Shown here one piece after another: positions 24,034-37,469 of a stretch of DNA of 64,000 nucleotides. Below the pieces are notes generated by a model. It was not told where the DNA came from and did no database searches. It saw only the letters and a program-made list of their open reading frames with translations. A program made the position numbers and the translations under genes. This DNA is from Stegostoma tigrinum (taxonomy: Eukaryota), in NCBI RefSeq assembly GCF_030684315.1, contig NC_081369.1, positions 50,885,598 through 50,949,597 on the forward strand, given 5' to 3'. Within the stretch, counting starts at the first letter, position 1. Every line of letters starts with the position of its first letter.

Positions 24034-25440
24034 TCAATACTTATTGCAGTCGTAGGCGTATGGCCCTGAATGCCGGTATACTGACGGTGTTGATCGGTAA
24101 GGGATTTGACAGCTTGTATTCCCGCTCACCTGATGGTCATTGAGTGCTGAGCTCTCAATGCCGAGTCGGTGGGAGTTAAACATCTCCCGTACATTGGGGA
24201 AAGTCTGCTGCTGGCTGGCGAACGTGTGGCCCGGGAGGTGGTTGAGATCTGCTCCGTGGTTGAGGTACCAGGAAGCGGCTTGTCCCGCCGGCGCCCCCGC
24301 CTGCTGAGGGTGACTCGGGCTGAGGACACCTTCCGGCGCTGTGCTCAGATTCATGGCGTTCAGGGAGGAGCTGCCGGAGTGGTCTGAGATAGCATCCTCC
24401 AGGCTGGTTGGTACCAGCATGTGGCTGCTCCTGTCCCCCGCGTACAGGCTCATGGTTCTCATACTGCAATGGTAACTTCCACTGGAGTCCATATTGTGGG
24501 TGCATCCTGGGCTGTACACGGCTTGCTGCGTTGGAGGGTAGTTCACCGGCAGTGAGGAGCCCATACCAGTCCTGCTGGAGCTCACAGCCACGGGGCTGAG
24601 GTCCCCTGGAGGAGATGTCCTCAATGTCATGATATTTTCCACGCTGAAGCCGGAGAGGTTGCTGTTGGTTGTGTTGTGATCCGGGATGGAGTTCTCTGTA
24701 GACACGGACGGCGTGGAGGCCACGCTCCTTGGGCTGTCCTGGATCAAGCTGCCATTGTCCGGGCTCTCCAAGCTCTCGACCTTGGTGATGACAGGCATAC
24801 AGGGCGAGCCCGCTTCGTTCTTGACCACCACCTTCTTCTCGGGGCAGGTGTCGGTCTGCGAGGCGACGTGCTGACCCCCTTTCGCCTCCTTCTGCTGCCG
24901 GTCGCGTTCCTCCTTGTCCCTGACCGCGTCTTTCTTCTTGAACCTCCGCCTCCTCCGCAAGAAGCTGCCGTTCTCGAACATGTTGTACGAGTCCGGGTCC
25001 AGCGTCCAGTAGCTGCCCTTACCCGGCTTTTTGTCGTCACGGGGCACCTTGACGAAGCACTCGTTCAGGGACAAGTTGTGGCGGATGCTGTTCTGCCAGC
25101 CCTGTTTATTCTCGCGGTAGAATGGAAAGCGGTCCATGATAAACTGATAGATCCCATTGAGAGTAATTTTCTTATCAGGCGCGTTTTGGATGGCCATGGT
25201 GATCAGGGCGATGTAGCTGTAAGGAGGCTTGACTAGGTCTTTAGGTACCGGCTGCTGGTGATGGTGATAGGGTCCATACGATCTCGCCATGCCTGTTGCG
25301 TACTGCTCGTGGCCCGGGTACATAGTCATCGGGGTGGGCATGCTGCCGTAAGTGCCGGCGGCTCGATAATAGTTTTGATCGCTGAGGTAAGGCACGACTC
25401 CCAGAGCATTGGGGTCTGACACTGGGTAACGCGCCTGCAT
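24034..25440 (-). CDS. FOXC2: Forkhead box protein C2, single coding exon, 468 aa
   Basis: N-terminus [29 protein letters not shown] is FOXC2-type rather than FOXC1-type. FoxC forkhead domain, eh1 motif (FSVENIM), C-terminus YAYDCNKY, adjacent to FOXL1. Confidence 0.97.
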   Translation of the reverse strand: MQARYPVSDPNALGVVPYLSDQNYYRAAGTYGSMPTPMTMYPGHEQYATGMARSYGPYHHHQQPVPKDLVKPPYSYIALITMAIQNAPDKKITLNGIYQFIMDRFPFYRENKQGWQNSIRHNLSLNECFVKVPRDDKKPGKGSYWTLDPDSYNMFENGSFLRRRRRFKKKDAVRDKEERDRQQKEAKGGQHVASQTDTCPEKKVVVKNEAGSPCMPVITKVESLESPDNGSLIQDSPRSVASTPSVSTENSIPDHNTTNSNLSGFSVENIMTLRTSPPGDLSPVAVSSSRTGMGSSLPVNYPPTQQAVYSPGCTHNMDSSGSYHCSMRTMSLYAGDRSSHMLVPTSLEDAISDHSGSSSLNAMNLSTAPEGVLSPSHPQQAGAPAGQAASWYLNHGADLNHLPGHTFASQQQTFPNVREMFNSHRLGIESSALNDHQVSGNTSCQIPYRSTPSVYRHSGPYAYDCNKY

Positions 25441-25543
25441 CGCCGGGGAGTGAGACTGATTTTTGGTTTTACTTTTCGGCTCAGAATGCTGCTTGGACCG
25501 AGTATTTGAGAAATTATCTTTATTGGTTGAAGGGGTGGATCCG

Positions 25544-25565
25544 TTCTCTCTCTCTCTCTCTCTCT
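25544..25565. repeat. (CT)n microsatellite in the presumed FOXC2 5' UTR
   Basis: Read directly from the sequence. Confidence 0.9.
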
Positions 25566-25599
25566 ATTTTTTTAGAAAAAAATGCTGAAGGTCCCCTTG

Positions 25600-25830
25600 A
25601 TTAAGAGCGCGCCCGCAGATAGTCCTAAAAGCTTTTGGGGGAAGTTTCAACAACTTTCAGAAGAGAGAAGCTTTTACGGCAGGCAGGCTCCGCCCCTTCC
25701 CCAAACTTTGGGCCAATCGGAATGCGAGCTGCGGGGCGTTATTACATGGCAATACACGTAGGTGGCGTCTCGTAAAAGGGAAACAGGTTTTACTGATATT
25801 GGGGTGGGGAGAGGTAGGGGGCTACCAAGA
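25600..25830 (-). promoter_or_regulatory. FOXC2 promoter candidate
   Basis: CpG-rich, with a GC box (ctccgcccc ~25688), CCAAT (~25713) and posterior Hox/Cdx-type motifs (ttttacgg ~25672, tcgtaaaa ~25770). Confidence 0.6.
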
Positions 25831-28800
25831 TTCAGTATTGTCAATACTTTTATGTGTTATACAGTATTGGTACATCAACCTTAGTCAGGCGGTCATATAA
25901 AGACACGAGCTTTTATTTTGGACTAAACCCCTTTAGCTATTGCTCTGGGCCTCACATAGCCTGCAATTGCCCCTTTCTAACGAAAATCTCAGAATTGACT
26001 TTTTTTCGCATGAAATACAGCCTGTTGTGTGTGAGTTTGAAAAAAAAACCTTCATACTCAAATTAATTCTTGGCAGATTTTCAAGTGATGTTTTTCGCCC
26101 CTCAATAACCAATTTGGGGCGACGGTTTAATTAATTCCATCCCTTCCCACCGTCTCGCCCCATCCCCCCCCCCCCCCCCCCCCACAACCCACACTTTCCC
26201 ATGCCCATTTAACGGTCCTGTTAGCAATTAACCCGGCTGCGTTACTTAACGAAGGAATTCCTCCGACAAGGTGCCGATACTGAAATTCCGTCCTCACGTA
26301 GCCAAGTCAAAAGGTTTTATTTTGTCTGGTTTTTTTTTACTTTATTACTGCACAATCCGAATTAAACATTCGAAAAATATATTTATGTAAAGGTTGCCTT
26401 CAAACATCCTTTAGTGACATTGAAAGCAGCATGTGGTTGCAATGTAACCAGCCCTTCTCCCCTAAACGGATACACCAATGAGTACACGAAAATCTGACCT
26501 TACTAAATGGGTGGAAACTATATTCTGACTGTTTTTAAAATCAAATCATTAACATGAGAAATGCTATTCGAATGATACATTGCATTGCGAACAAAGCAAA
26601 TATATTCTACTTCATAACGAACTGCTATTTCTAAATGTGGAGGAAATAAGGTCTTCTTTTGATTAATGAGTTTGTATTATTAAAGTCTCTAGACCGTTGC
26701 TAAACGCGATTTATATTTATTCCCTGGTCCACGAGGATTGTACATGGAATTCGATTACATCCTTCACCCAAAAACTCATGAGAGGAGTCTCCTGGGTCTC
26801 CCCGCTAGTGAGCTCAAACTCAAATCGTCGGGGAATAATCTCCAGAAATTATCAATGCCCTCATTTATTTTCATGCATCCGATGCTGATTATTTTTGTGT
26901 TGTGTCTGTCTCATTGATTATTTAACTTTACACTTCAAACCGACATAAATCAGATTATCCATCTGGGGTAATAATTACACCGATAAGTGACAAACGTCCT
27001 GTGGTTCCCCTGAAATCTGGCGGACTTTGATAACAGCTTTTCTTTCTCTCTATCGGGTTATTTTTATTGTTGTTATCTACAACTTCTACCCCCACCCCGC
27101 CCCATGTGTCCACCCTCCACCGCCACCATCTCACGACGTACAAAACAGATTTTCGGAATTGTTTGCTGTTAACGCTTTTCAGCAAGTTTCAAAAATAAGA
27201 AATTAAGTTAAAAAGAAAACAAGTGTTTACAGTATTGAGTCAGTCAGCGAATCTCATTTGCAATGCAGCAAACAAGTGTGTTCATTCTAAATTACTTTTT
27301 GAAACAATAATCGGGATGAAATTAAATGTGTGAGGGCATTCGGGCTTGGCACCAGATAAACAACAAGTGCTCTTCAAATTGCTGAGCACTAATTTATGCA
27401 TCTGGTTACTAGTTCATTTCTAAGGTTGTTCCATACATACGGACACACTCTCTCCAATTAATCTGCCTGCGCCGTTACCATCTGTATCGTAATTTACATC
27501 GGTTGCGAATGTGAGAGGCAGTGTCGCCAAGAAAGTGTACATACAATTTGCAGCTTGGTGAACCATCGATTTCATAAAGATTGCCTAAAATCAGGCGTAG
27601 GCCATGCAAGTGAGAGTCGAAAAATGATAACGGGAGATTGAGGTGTTTTGGATTTATCTTTATTCAGTATGGGCTTAAAGCATGTGCACATTTATTTTAC
27701 AATAAACAGGCGTGGTATTGTATCTTGCCTATTCAAATCAAGAATGCGGACCGCACTATAGTGGGACACAGAGTAAGACACAAAGTGGAGTTCTGTTTAT
27801 CCAGTGCATGGATGTGAATGTGTATTTTTTTATTGTTGTCAAGCATCGTTATATTCCTTATTCATATTTCTTTGAATAAGGTTTCTGCGGCGTTTCACTT
27901 AAACCACTTCAAAATCCCTGCCATGGTAGTGGATGGAGGTCTCTTTAATTTTTTGGAACTGTCATAGCGGTCTGACACATTGAAATGGACGAACAAATAT
28001 TATGTCTCCGTTGTTTTATTGTGTCTGTGTTAATCCTAATGTCAATACCAACTGAAAGCAGCATGGTTCAGTGGCAGCAAAAACAACTTGTTGCAAACGC
28101 CAGGGCAAGAAAAAGTCTTCAGTAGCAGAGACGTACGTGCAGATAAGGTCAGAATTTCCCTCGACTTAGACTATGGCTTTCTATAATGCCTCTTCCCTTG
28201 CCAAGCTAATAATAGCTGAAATACATTATTCCCCCTCATAAAGGGTTTTTTTCCCCTCGCTTAATGTACTAACGTTGCTACATATTTATAGATAAAGTTA
28301 TTTCCCCATTGCGGTTTATTAAAGTAACAAATGCTTCACTGACGATTCCAATTCGCGTACCGACGGTGTAGAAAAAAACTGAAGACTTTATTGTTAAAAA
28401 AAACGTTCGTTCCTAGGATTCCATATTTTCAATGAATAAAAAAAAGTCTTCACTACTAAGGAAAAAGCAGAGCTTACAACCGAAATTTGAACTGAATTCA
28501 GTAGTAACAACGTTATGAATCTGTGCAGTATTCTTTGGGCGATTGAACTGATTTTCAATAATGCATTATTTCATGAACTTGTCACGGAACTAAATCTTTC
28601 ATCTAACGTCGTACGACCCCATGCATTCAGATCAGCTTTTGAACTAATGTTTTACCGCCGTCTGTGCAAATAGGTCGAAAGTTTTAACGATAACCGACTG
28701 GTTACTCACACTTGTTTGAAACAATCTTTTCATTCTCAATTTACTCCTGCCCTCTACTGGCCTTATTTATGTCTGCAGGATTTCCCGATGTTACACTTGT

Positions 28801-31800
28801 CAAATCTTTGATACCTTTACCTGAGTTGGCCAATAAGAAGCAAATCACCATTTACCCCCGACTTAGTCTTCTTTGTCTTTTCTCAACATCAAATTTTATT
28901 CCAAGCCTTTAGAAACGGGACGGCACAAAATTACCAGTAGCAAATAAGATCTGAAATTGACTGGACGAATGGATTGTCTGAAGATCAGATTTTTTAAAAA
29001 AAACTCACTATTCATGTTATTATATAGATTGACAATATACTGCAAAATTCCATGCGGAAAATTTACGGGTTCGAGAGATAATATAGAGAATGTTGCAACG
29101 CTATTTTGTAGGTACTGATTATATTACTGAATTATAATTCACCACAATTGATCCGTTTATCGAATAAAGAAAATGATTGTTTTATTTCCATTGCAGGTTA
29201 CAATAAAAGCGGCTAATTGGTTTGGTTTCGACAGACCCGTCAGTTCCGACCACTGAACAAGATCGGGGTCAGTCTCTTGGCATTTCTAAACTTGGACGTC
29301 TACAAAGACTCGTTTGATTTGCTTGGGGCTTCGTTGCCAATGTGACTAACATTTCACATTGAATACTGAAGCTTAAAACGAGAGCGATATCCCAAAGACG
29401 TATCTACGGATTGTTCAGAATATTGCACGAAAAACATGAAAACTCATGACTCTGTCCGATTCATTGTTATCGATGCCTTAAATTATTATTTCTGTTGCAC
29501 CCCCCCCCCCACCAAATTTTGCATATCCGGAAAGTTGTCTTTTATCAGAATCGAAATGCTGAACGATTTTTTTTACTGTAAGGTTAAGTTTGACCAAGTA
29601 CTTAATTTGGTCCGTTTTGGAATGGAACTTCTCTCGCATGAACCAATGTACAAATCATCTGAGGACAAAATCGGATTAACGATGCGAAATCAAAAGAAGG
29701 TCCTAGTATAGAGGAAGACCACAGGAAACAACTATATCCTGTACTTGCGCCGTTAGATTTCTTCTCGTTTCAGTTTTCCATCAAATAAATATCTCAGTTT
29801 GCTGAACACCGGCGGGAATAAAAAGCCTTTTTATATTTGTAAGTTAATATTTCCATCAAAAACAAACAGACGCTCGCAGGATTCAATAACTTAAATTGGA
29901 GGTCGGCGCTCAGATATAGGTGTATGTGCACACATAGGAGCGTTAAAATAAATTGTGCTTGCTTGAGCTTGAACGCCATGAAGGGAAAACATTAAGTGTC
30001 ACTTATTCTATTTACCTTCAATATTTCGTTCCTGACAACGTTGTTGCAAATTCAGACAAATGAAATATGAAAAGAAATCCCTTCGGAATTGCAACATAAG
30101 GAATAATCAGAATGAATGAATAGTGCACTTTGCTGTATGAGAAGAACGCCAGCAACATAATCAGACTTTCCCTCTCCAGCTAGTTTTGCATCGCCACAAA
30201 ACTAAATGGACTGAAACTACACACAGGTTCGGCGGCAGGGCAGCGAATCGGGATGATGAGAGAAGAAAAGAGGGAGAGAAAGAAAACAATACAGCCCTCA
30301 AGAGTCTTCTGAAAACTCAGCAAACGTTGCCTTTTTAAATGTGACTGCACACTGTATAACATAACGGAAACAAAATGAAACAATTTTCTGCAGCGTTTGG
30401 AGCATTCGTTATTTCTTGTTGAAATTTTAACATTAAACTCTCCTTTCGGAGAATTAAAGCGTTTTTTTTTAAAGATGTCGATTACAATTTTTAACCTGGG
30501 CTTCTTTGTTTAATTATCGCAGCTAAAGCTGGACAATTTCGTGCCTATCATTGAGACATCATTCAACATGTAGGTAGGCATTTTAATATTTTCCTAATAA
30601 GATCTACAGTTTAGTTTATAAGAGACGGTCCTACTTCAAACTTCGAAAGGAAATGAGAACATTCATCGCTGGATTTGACAATAATAATTCCTGATTGCAG
30701 AATCTATTGTAACGAGAATTTATGACTGCGCAGCAGGAAGGACAGCAAAGATTTACTGCACCAAGGTGGAAAGGATTTCTGAAATAGCCTAATCATTAAT
30801 AAGAAAAGGATGGAGCCACTAATTGGGAGATAGTGATTGGAGATGGGGTGGGAGCAAGATGAGTTCTGCTGGAAGTTTCCCACTTGTTCAACATCGCCTT
30901 TCACCTTTAGCTATGCTGTCATCGTTCTGTGCATTTTCTTTTCTGCTGACATGAAAAGGGGGAATGCTTGTGATCTGGAATTTGCTTGTAACATTTTATT
31001 GCTCTTGATCCCCCGTCGACAGGATTGCACTTCAAAACAACAGACTTGGGAGTTGTCAACAACTTCTGAAGTGGTCGGAAAGGTATGAATGATATTCGAT
31101 AATTCCAAAGACTGATTTTTGCAGTGCCATTTAGTCCAGTGATCCTGTACGACAGTTGTCTCCCAAGGTTCAAGCCAGACAATTAAACAGCATTTCCACA
31201 CAACAGTGGCAACACTTCCAAAATGATTTACTGACATGCTGTGGTCGTGGAAAGCACAATATAGATGCGAGTCGTTTTTATAATCCCTTTGCAAAATACA
31301 TTTGAGTATGTAGAACGGTGTTTAAACAACAAACAGCAAATTAATGGTTGCACAGTATGTTGAAATATTCCAAAGACTTCGGGTGCTATATAAATGTAAG
31401 TCCACACTTTATGAATTCAAGTACAACTAGGCACAACATTCTATGAACTATCAAGTTCAGAACCAATCAATTAATTTCTCTTTAATAAATTATGTTGCCC
31501 TGTATTGGTAACTTTAAACAGAAAGATTGCATATAGTAAAGCCGTGTACCATATGTATCCCCTTCTCCATTTATTTCCGTAAATTGATATGACGAATAAC
31601 CGGTCAAAAAAGCTATATCCTGTTTGTAAAAATTTTCATTAATTACTTGAATAACTATAATGTTGATTCATCAACTAAACAGCAGTGAAAGTGCACCAAA
31701 GTTTGCACTTATAGACTGGTTTCAGTGGCACTCCTGGTACCCCTCAAATCCAACTGTCCTTTTCAAGCCAGTGAAGTACTTTTGAAATACAAAGGGGCAA

Positions 31801-34800
31801 CCAATATGCAAACAGTAAGGCCTCACAAACAGCAATGTGATAGAGGCCATATGGTCTGTTTATTTAGAAATGTTGGTTGACAATAAATCTTATCAATGGG
31901 CAGTGTACAAATGAGGCAAAGCTGCTTTTGTGGCATAGAACCTTAACCTACTGCCGAAATGGAGGGCAGACCCAATGAGTAATCAATTTCAGCAAATAAC
32001 TGAAGCTACTCAAACTTTGGAAATAATGTACAATCAAATTCTCAGTCCAATAAGAAAATCTACAGAATGCAAGTAACAGAAGAGCAGTTTTTCTTGTGCA
32101 GTTTTATTAATCAAATATTAGATAAAATACCCCATTAAAATACTGAAAACCAGAAAATCAATCAACTACAGTGAGCTATAAAATGTTCCAAATGCAGTAG
32201 GTAAAGTATTGTAAATTTAATTTGAAGTATTCAACATCATTCAAGTTATTACTATGATATAATGACTGTTGTAAAATAAAGTAATTTGTCAAAGTGGAAT
32301 GTTATTTGTTGAATATGTGCTATTTGTTAAATGGACATCCTAACCTAATGTGGGTCAATGTGACATTAACATCACATAACCAATAATGAAATTGAGTTGT
32401 GAAATGCAATATATTTTCATTATGTCTCCCATGATAGGATATCTGGGATGTTGTGGGTGACAAAAAATATTAATGTGTTGAATTTATGTGTTTGACTTGT
32501 TGAGTTTCAGTTGCAAGAAGAGATGCAGGAAATCGCTATTATGAGAAAGATTAGATATTTATGCACTGAATGCAAAGGAGATTGAATTCTTCTTCTTCAT
32601 GCTGAAATTAATTTTCCTTGCTTTTCTTGATGGTTAATAGAAGGAAAAGAATTTTACAGGGATGGAAATTCATATAAACAAGTAGAATCAATTATCCTGA
32701 TACTTTGTTGAGGGTTTTTTGCATCTTCTTAGATAAGCAGTGGCATTTTGCGTTACATTGGCATGGTGTATTTTTTGAGCTCCCATCCTTCCTGTCATAC
32801 AAAGACTAAGAAGTGCTTTTGGCTATTCTTTTTCAGGGCTCCAGGGCTCCAGTTTTTCAGTTTCCATATAACGATGTCAGCAATTTCCATGGAAAACAGT
32901 GCAGCTGTCAGCAAAGTGCCTGCATTGTAAGTGTTTTGCACTCATTGCAGTTTCCAATTATAATACACTGTGTATATTTTAAAATAATTATTTACTTTGT
33001 CAAATGGCCTCTTTAGAGATTATGAGTGTTCCAATATACATCTAAATTTCAACAAACAAGTAACAAGAAAATGAACAGCTGATTCCAGTCAACCCAAGCT
33101 GTAATGTCTTCTTACAAACTACTGTCCATATTTATGCCACTACATCGTGTGGAAATTTTGAACTACTTCTACAATGCACATTGTTAGTGCTTACCAATTC
33201 CATAACCATAGATCGACACTGCTTGGCAAATATTGAAAACAACAAAAGTTTAGTAGAGAATTTTCATGTGATTTTATTAAAAATAGGGAACTTAGCAACA
33301 GGTAAGAAGGCTAATGGTTAAAAAAAAAGTCTGCAATAGACAATAAAGTGGATACAGATGATTCTTGTCTCTATACTCTAGAGTTGGCGATCTACTGACT
33401 CTTCTGTAAAGCTATTTTTGATATAAATTGCTTTAAAATGTTGAGAAGTAATTTGGGCGTCAACTGTCAATCTAGAAAAACTTTGAGCAGTGGAAAAGCA
33501 AGTGCCGTACATTAACTTATAGTATATGCACTCTATACTGAAAACTGAACCCAGCGTAAATTTGAATTTCAAATTAATCAAGCAATTTCTTGGACTATCT
33601 GGAAACATTTGACAATATGAAATAGACTTTTTTGAAGATATAAAAGAAAAAAAAACAAATGTCCCCAAAACATTTCTTCACATAAAAATTAGGTGTGGAG
33701 TGTTACATAACACATGGCCTATAGAGAGCACATATGGTCACAGGCCTGCATAGTTGGGCAGATTGGGTTAGAAAGCACATTATCAAGGGTTTACAGTGAA
33801 GAGCTGTACATTGAAGCCAGATGATGATTCTTAGGTTGTTAGCTATGGCAAAGTTGCATCAAAGTTTCTTCATTTTGGCACAAACCTCAGTCAGAAGATA
33901 AGGATCAGCCGTGGTTTAGAAATTACAATCAAATGTGAGTAATGTATCACACAATTTACAGCACAGACACTTTTATTACGTTGTGGAGACAGGCACAAGG
34001 GAGGAATATACAGCATCAAACATCAGCAGAATGGTTCTTCTCATTTTCACATTATTCATAAAAAGTGTTGACTAATAATTGCACAGCCATAATTCTGAAA
34101 GGATTTCATACTTTATACATGAAATACCAATGCAATGGCATCTTCCATGTGAAGAAGTTTTTACGTTATATTTGCATTGGATGGCCATTATCTTCTAAAT
34201 ATCTAGTTGCATAATTATAGCTCTTTGTACAGATTGTTTTGAACATTTTATTCAATTTCAATAGATCTACACCTCAGAAAGGGAACCATTTCATGATTTC
34301 AAGACACTTCATCCCACTATAATAGTGTTAGAGGAAAAGAAAGTCTCCTGTATACAAATGGCACATTCAATGTTTTCTTTCACATCGGAAGGATCGAATA
34401 GCTTAGTGGCACCTCAACCAAACTGAATAAAAATATTTTTTCATCAGATGATTTTCCTCAACTACGCCAGACTGCTTGGTTCGGACAAACAGACCTAGCC
34501 TGCACCAAAGCAAAGTACTACAGCTGTTGAGTGTTTGACATAAACATTGAAAATATAGAAATATTCAACAAGCCTTGCAAATCTGTGGACAATTAAAATG
34601 GAAATATCACTTCATGTCAACTCATTTTTTAATCAGAATTGCAAATGTGGTCTGTAGTCTAGAGCAGGGTACAATCAGAAGGCTTAGGACATGTTTTGAA
34701 TTTGGATCCAAGTTGCTGAAAATGTAACACTCAAACATTATAATTATTCAGATAACTTTGACAACCCAAAGTAAGAGTTAGGTATTGCTTCACAACAATA

Positions 34801-34879
34801 TAGGGAGTCATTCTAAGCACATATACTGTTAGATCTCATTGGAACAATCTACCTGCTATCCACTTCTATAGGAGACATG

Positions 34880-36300
34880 AGATAATGGGAACTGCAGATG
34901 CTGGAGAATCCGAGATAACAAAGTGTGGAGCTGGATGAACACAGCAGGCCAAGCAGCACCTTAGGAGCTGGAAAGCTGACGTTTCGGGCCTAGACCCTTC
35001 ATCAGAAAAGGGGGATGGGGAGAAGATTCTGAAATAAATAGGGAGAGAGGGGGAGGTGGACCGAAGATGGATAGAGGAGAAGATATGTGGAGAGGAGAGT
35101 ATGGGGGTCGGGGGGGGGGGGGGGGGGTGGGGGAAGAAGGGAGGGGATAGGTCAGCCCAGGGAGGATGGACAAGTCAAGGGGGTGGGATGAGGTTAGTAG
35201 GTAGGAAATGGAGGTGCGGCTTAAGGTGGAAGGAGGGGATAGGTGAGAGGAAGAACAGGTTAGGCAGGTGGGGACGAGCTGGGCTGATTTTGGGATGCAG
35301 TGGGGGCAGGGAGATTTTGAAGCTGGTGAAATCCACATTGATACCATTGAGCTGCAGGGTTCCCAAGTGGAATATGAGTTGCTGTTCCTGGAACCTTCGG
35401 GTGGCATCATTGTGGCAGTGCAGGAGGCCCATGATGGACATGTCATCTAGAGAATGGGAGGGGGAATTGAAAATGGTTCGCGACTGGGAGATGCAGTTAT
35501 TTATTGCAAACCAAGCATAGGTGTTCTGTAAAACGGTCCCCAAGCCTCCGCTTAGTTTCCCCAATGTGGAGGAAGCCACACCAGGTACAGCGGATGCCGT
35601 ATACCACATTGGCGGATGTGCATGTGAACATCTGCTTGATGTGGAAAGTCATCTTGGGGCCTGGGATGGGGGTGAGGGAGGAGGTGTGGGGGCAGGTGTA
35701 GCACTTCCTACCGTTGCAGGGGAAGGTGCCGGGTGTGGTGGGGTTGAAGGGGAGTGTGGAGCAGACAAGGGAGTCGCGGAGAGAGTGGTCTCTCCGGAAG
35801 ACAAACAAGGGTGGGGCTGGAAAAATATCTTTAGTGGTGGGGTCGGATTAAGATGGCGGAAGTGTCGGAGGATGATGCGTTGTATTTGGAAGTTGGTGGG
35901 GTGGTATGTGAGGACTAGGGGGATTCTCTTTTGGCAGTTATTGCAGGGGCAGGGTGTGAGGGATAAGATGTGGGAAAAGCTGCAGACACGGTCGAGGGCA
36001 TTCTGGACCACTGCCGGGGGGACGTTTCCTACCTCCTAACTTCATCCTGCCCCCTCAACCTGTCCGTCCTCCCCGGACTGACCTATCGTCTCCCTACCTC
36101 CCCCCCCCACCATACTCTCCTCTCCACCTGTCTTCTCCTCTATCCATCTTCGGTCCACCTCCCCCTCTCTCTCTATTTATTTCAGAATCCTCTCCCCATC
36201 TCCCTTTCCTGATGAAGGGTCTTGGCCCGAAACGTTACCTTATGTGCTCCTGAGATGCTGCTTGGCCTGCTGTGTTCATCCAGCTCCACACTTTGTTATC
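34880..36300 (-). mobile_element. Penelope-like element: long - arm (34880-~36025) and short inverted + arm (~36027-36300)
   Basis: GIY-YIG relic (NVVYGIRCTWCGFLHIGETKRRLGDRFTEH). Hammerhead motifs at 34978-35005 (-) and 36209-36236 (+). Degenerate 15 bp TSD. Confidence 0.9.
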
Positions 36301-36459
36301 TATAGTGGACATGTTCATTTTCATTGGCACTTTATCTATAAGTGTTCTTTTACACAGCCATGTTATCGCAGCCTTTTGAAGCCTGTTCCTATTCCATCAA
36401 ATACAGAAACTTCTCTCTTCATAAAGCAATTGAGCACAATTCAGAACCAACATAAAAAG

Positions 36460-36730
36460 TATGATATCCTCAAGACTGAGATAGATAGATCGATAGTTTT
36501 CTTCATATTAATGACAAGAAGGAATTCAGGGATAATGTTGAAGAAGAAGATCACTATGATCTCATTGAATGACTGGATGGGCATGAAGGGCTGCATGGCC
36601 TATTCTGACTCCAATTTAGAACATAGAACATAGAACATGGAACAATACAGCGCAGAACAGGCCCTTTGGCCCTCGATGTTGCACCAACCTGTAAACTAAT
36701 CTAAGCCACTCCCCCTACACTATCCCATAC
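36460..36730. mobile_element. Two tail-to-tail CR1 3' ends
   Basis: + copy ends atgatctcattgaatga...ggcctattc; - copy begins with (atagaac)n and gaacaggccctttggccc. Confidence 0.6.
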
Positions 36731-37096
36731 ACGTGTCTATTAAAACAGTCTTTTTAAAATTATCCTTTTTTACTTGCATCAATTTTAGGGACATTGAGAA
36801 ACACCTTTGTGTAAGCGCTAGATATGTTCAACCTGCCAATAATTTCATTTGCTTTTAAAAATATTCATCGCAATTTACTAAATTCTCGACAAAATTGGAT
36901 CATTCTCAGAGGCAAATATTAATGTTAATTGAGAACTACATATTTGGACTGAGTAGCCTTGTCATTTTATTTATTTTGACACATGGGCATGGAAAGGCCA
37001 GCATTTGTTGCCTCATCAGTAAAATGTCTTTGGACTGAGTAGTTGCTCTTATTTTAAACCATGACAACAGTTTTATTCTGGGGGGAGGGGAGAGTT

Positions 37097-37135
<39 letters not shown>

Positions 37136-37143
37136 TAGAGAGA
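37097..37143. repeat. (TG)n(AG)n microsatellite
   Basis: Read directly from the sequence. Confidence 0.9.
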
Positions 37144-37469
37144 AACAGCTTACCCTGTTTAAAATATTGAATCTTGCTTTAACTGAATGTAAGTTTCTTT
37201 CAGAATTGCATCACCAATTGTCTCTTGCAGTCATCTCTTTCTTTGGAACCTACCATCCATCAAACCATGCCAACTGTGATAATGTCAAGTCTTCCTGAGT
37301 ATTTTATCCTGCGTGCATTAGTTTTCTGGCTGATAGCATTTCTTTTGTTGCAGTAGGGAATTCAATAATTACAGATTGCATCATTAGAAATTTTATTTGA
37401 TTTGGCTCTTACGGATCAAAGATACATTTTATTATATTAGCAAAGTGATGGAATGCATCAGTCCTTCTA

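Noticed and set aside
24126-25236. Overlapping and antisense ORFs within FOXC2 (e.g. 24676..25236 +, 186 aa)
   Set aside because: Expected shadow ORFs of GC-rich coding sequence, with no independent signal.
26164-26183. Poly-C tract (also poly-G at ~35109-35127) as a functional G-quadruplex
   Set aside because: Simple homopolymers of uncertain length with no supporting context.
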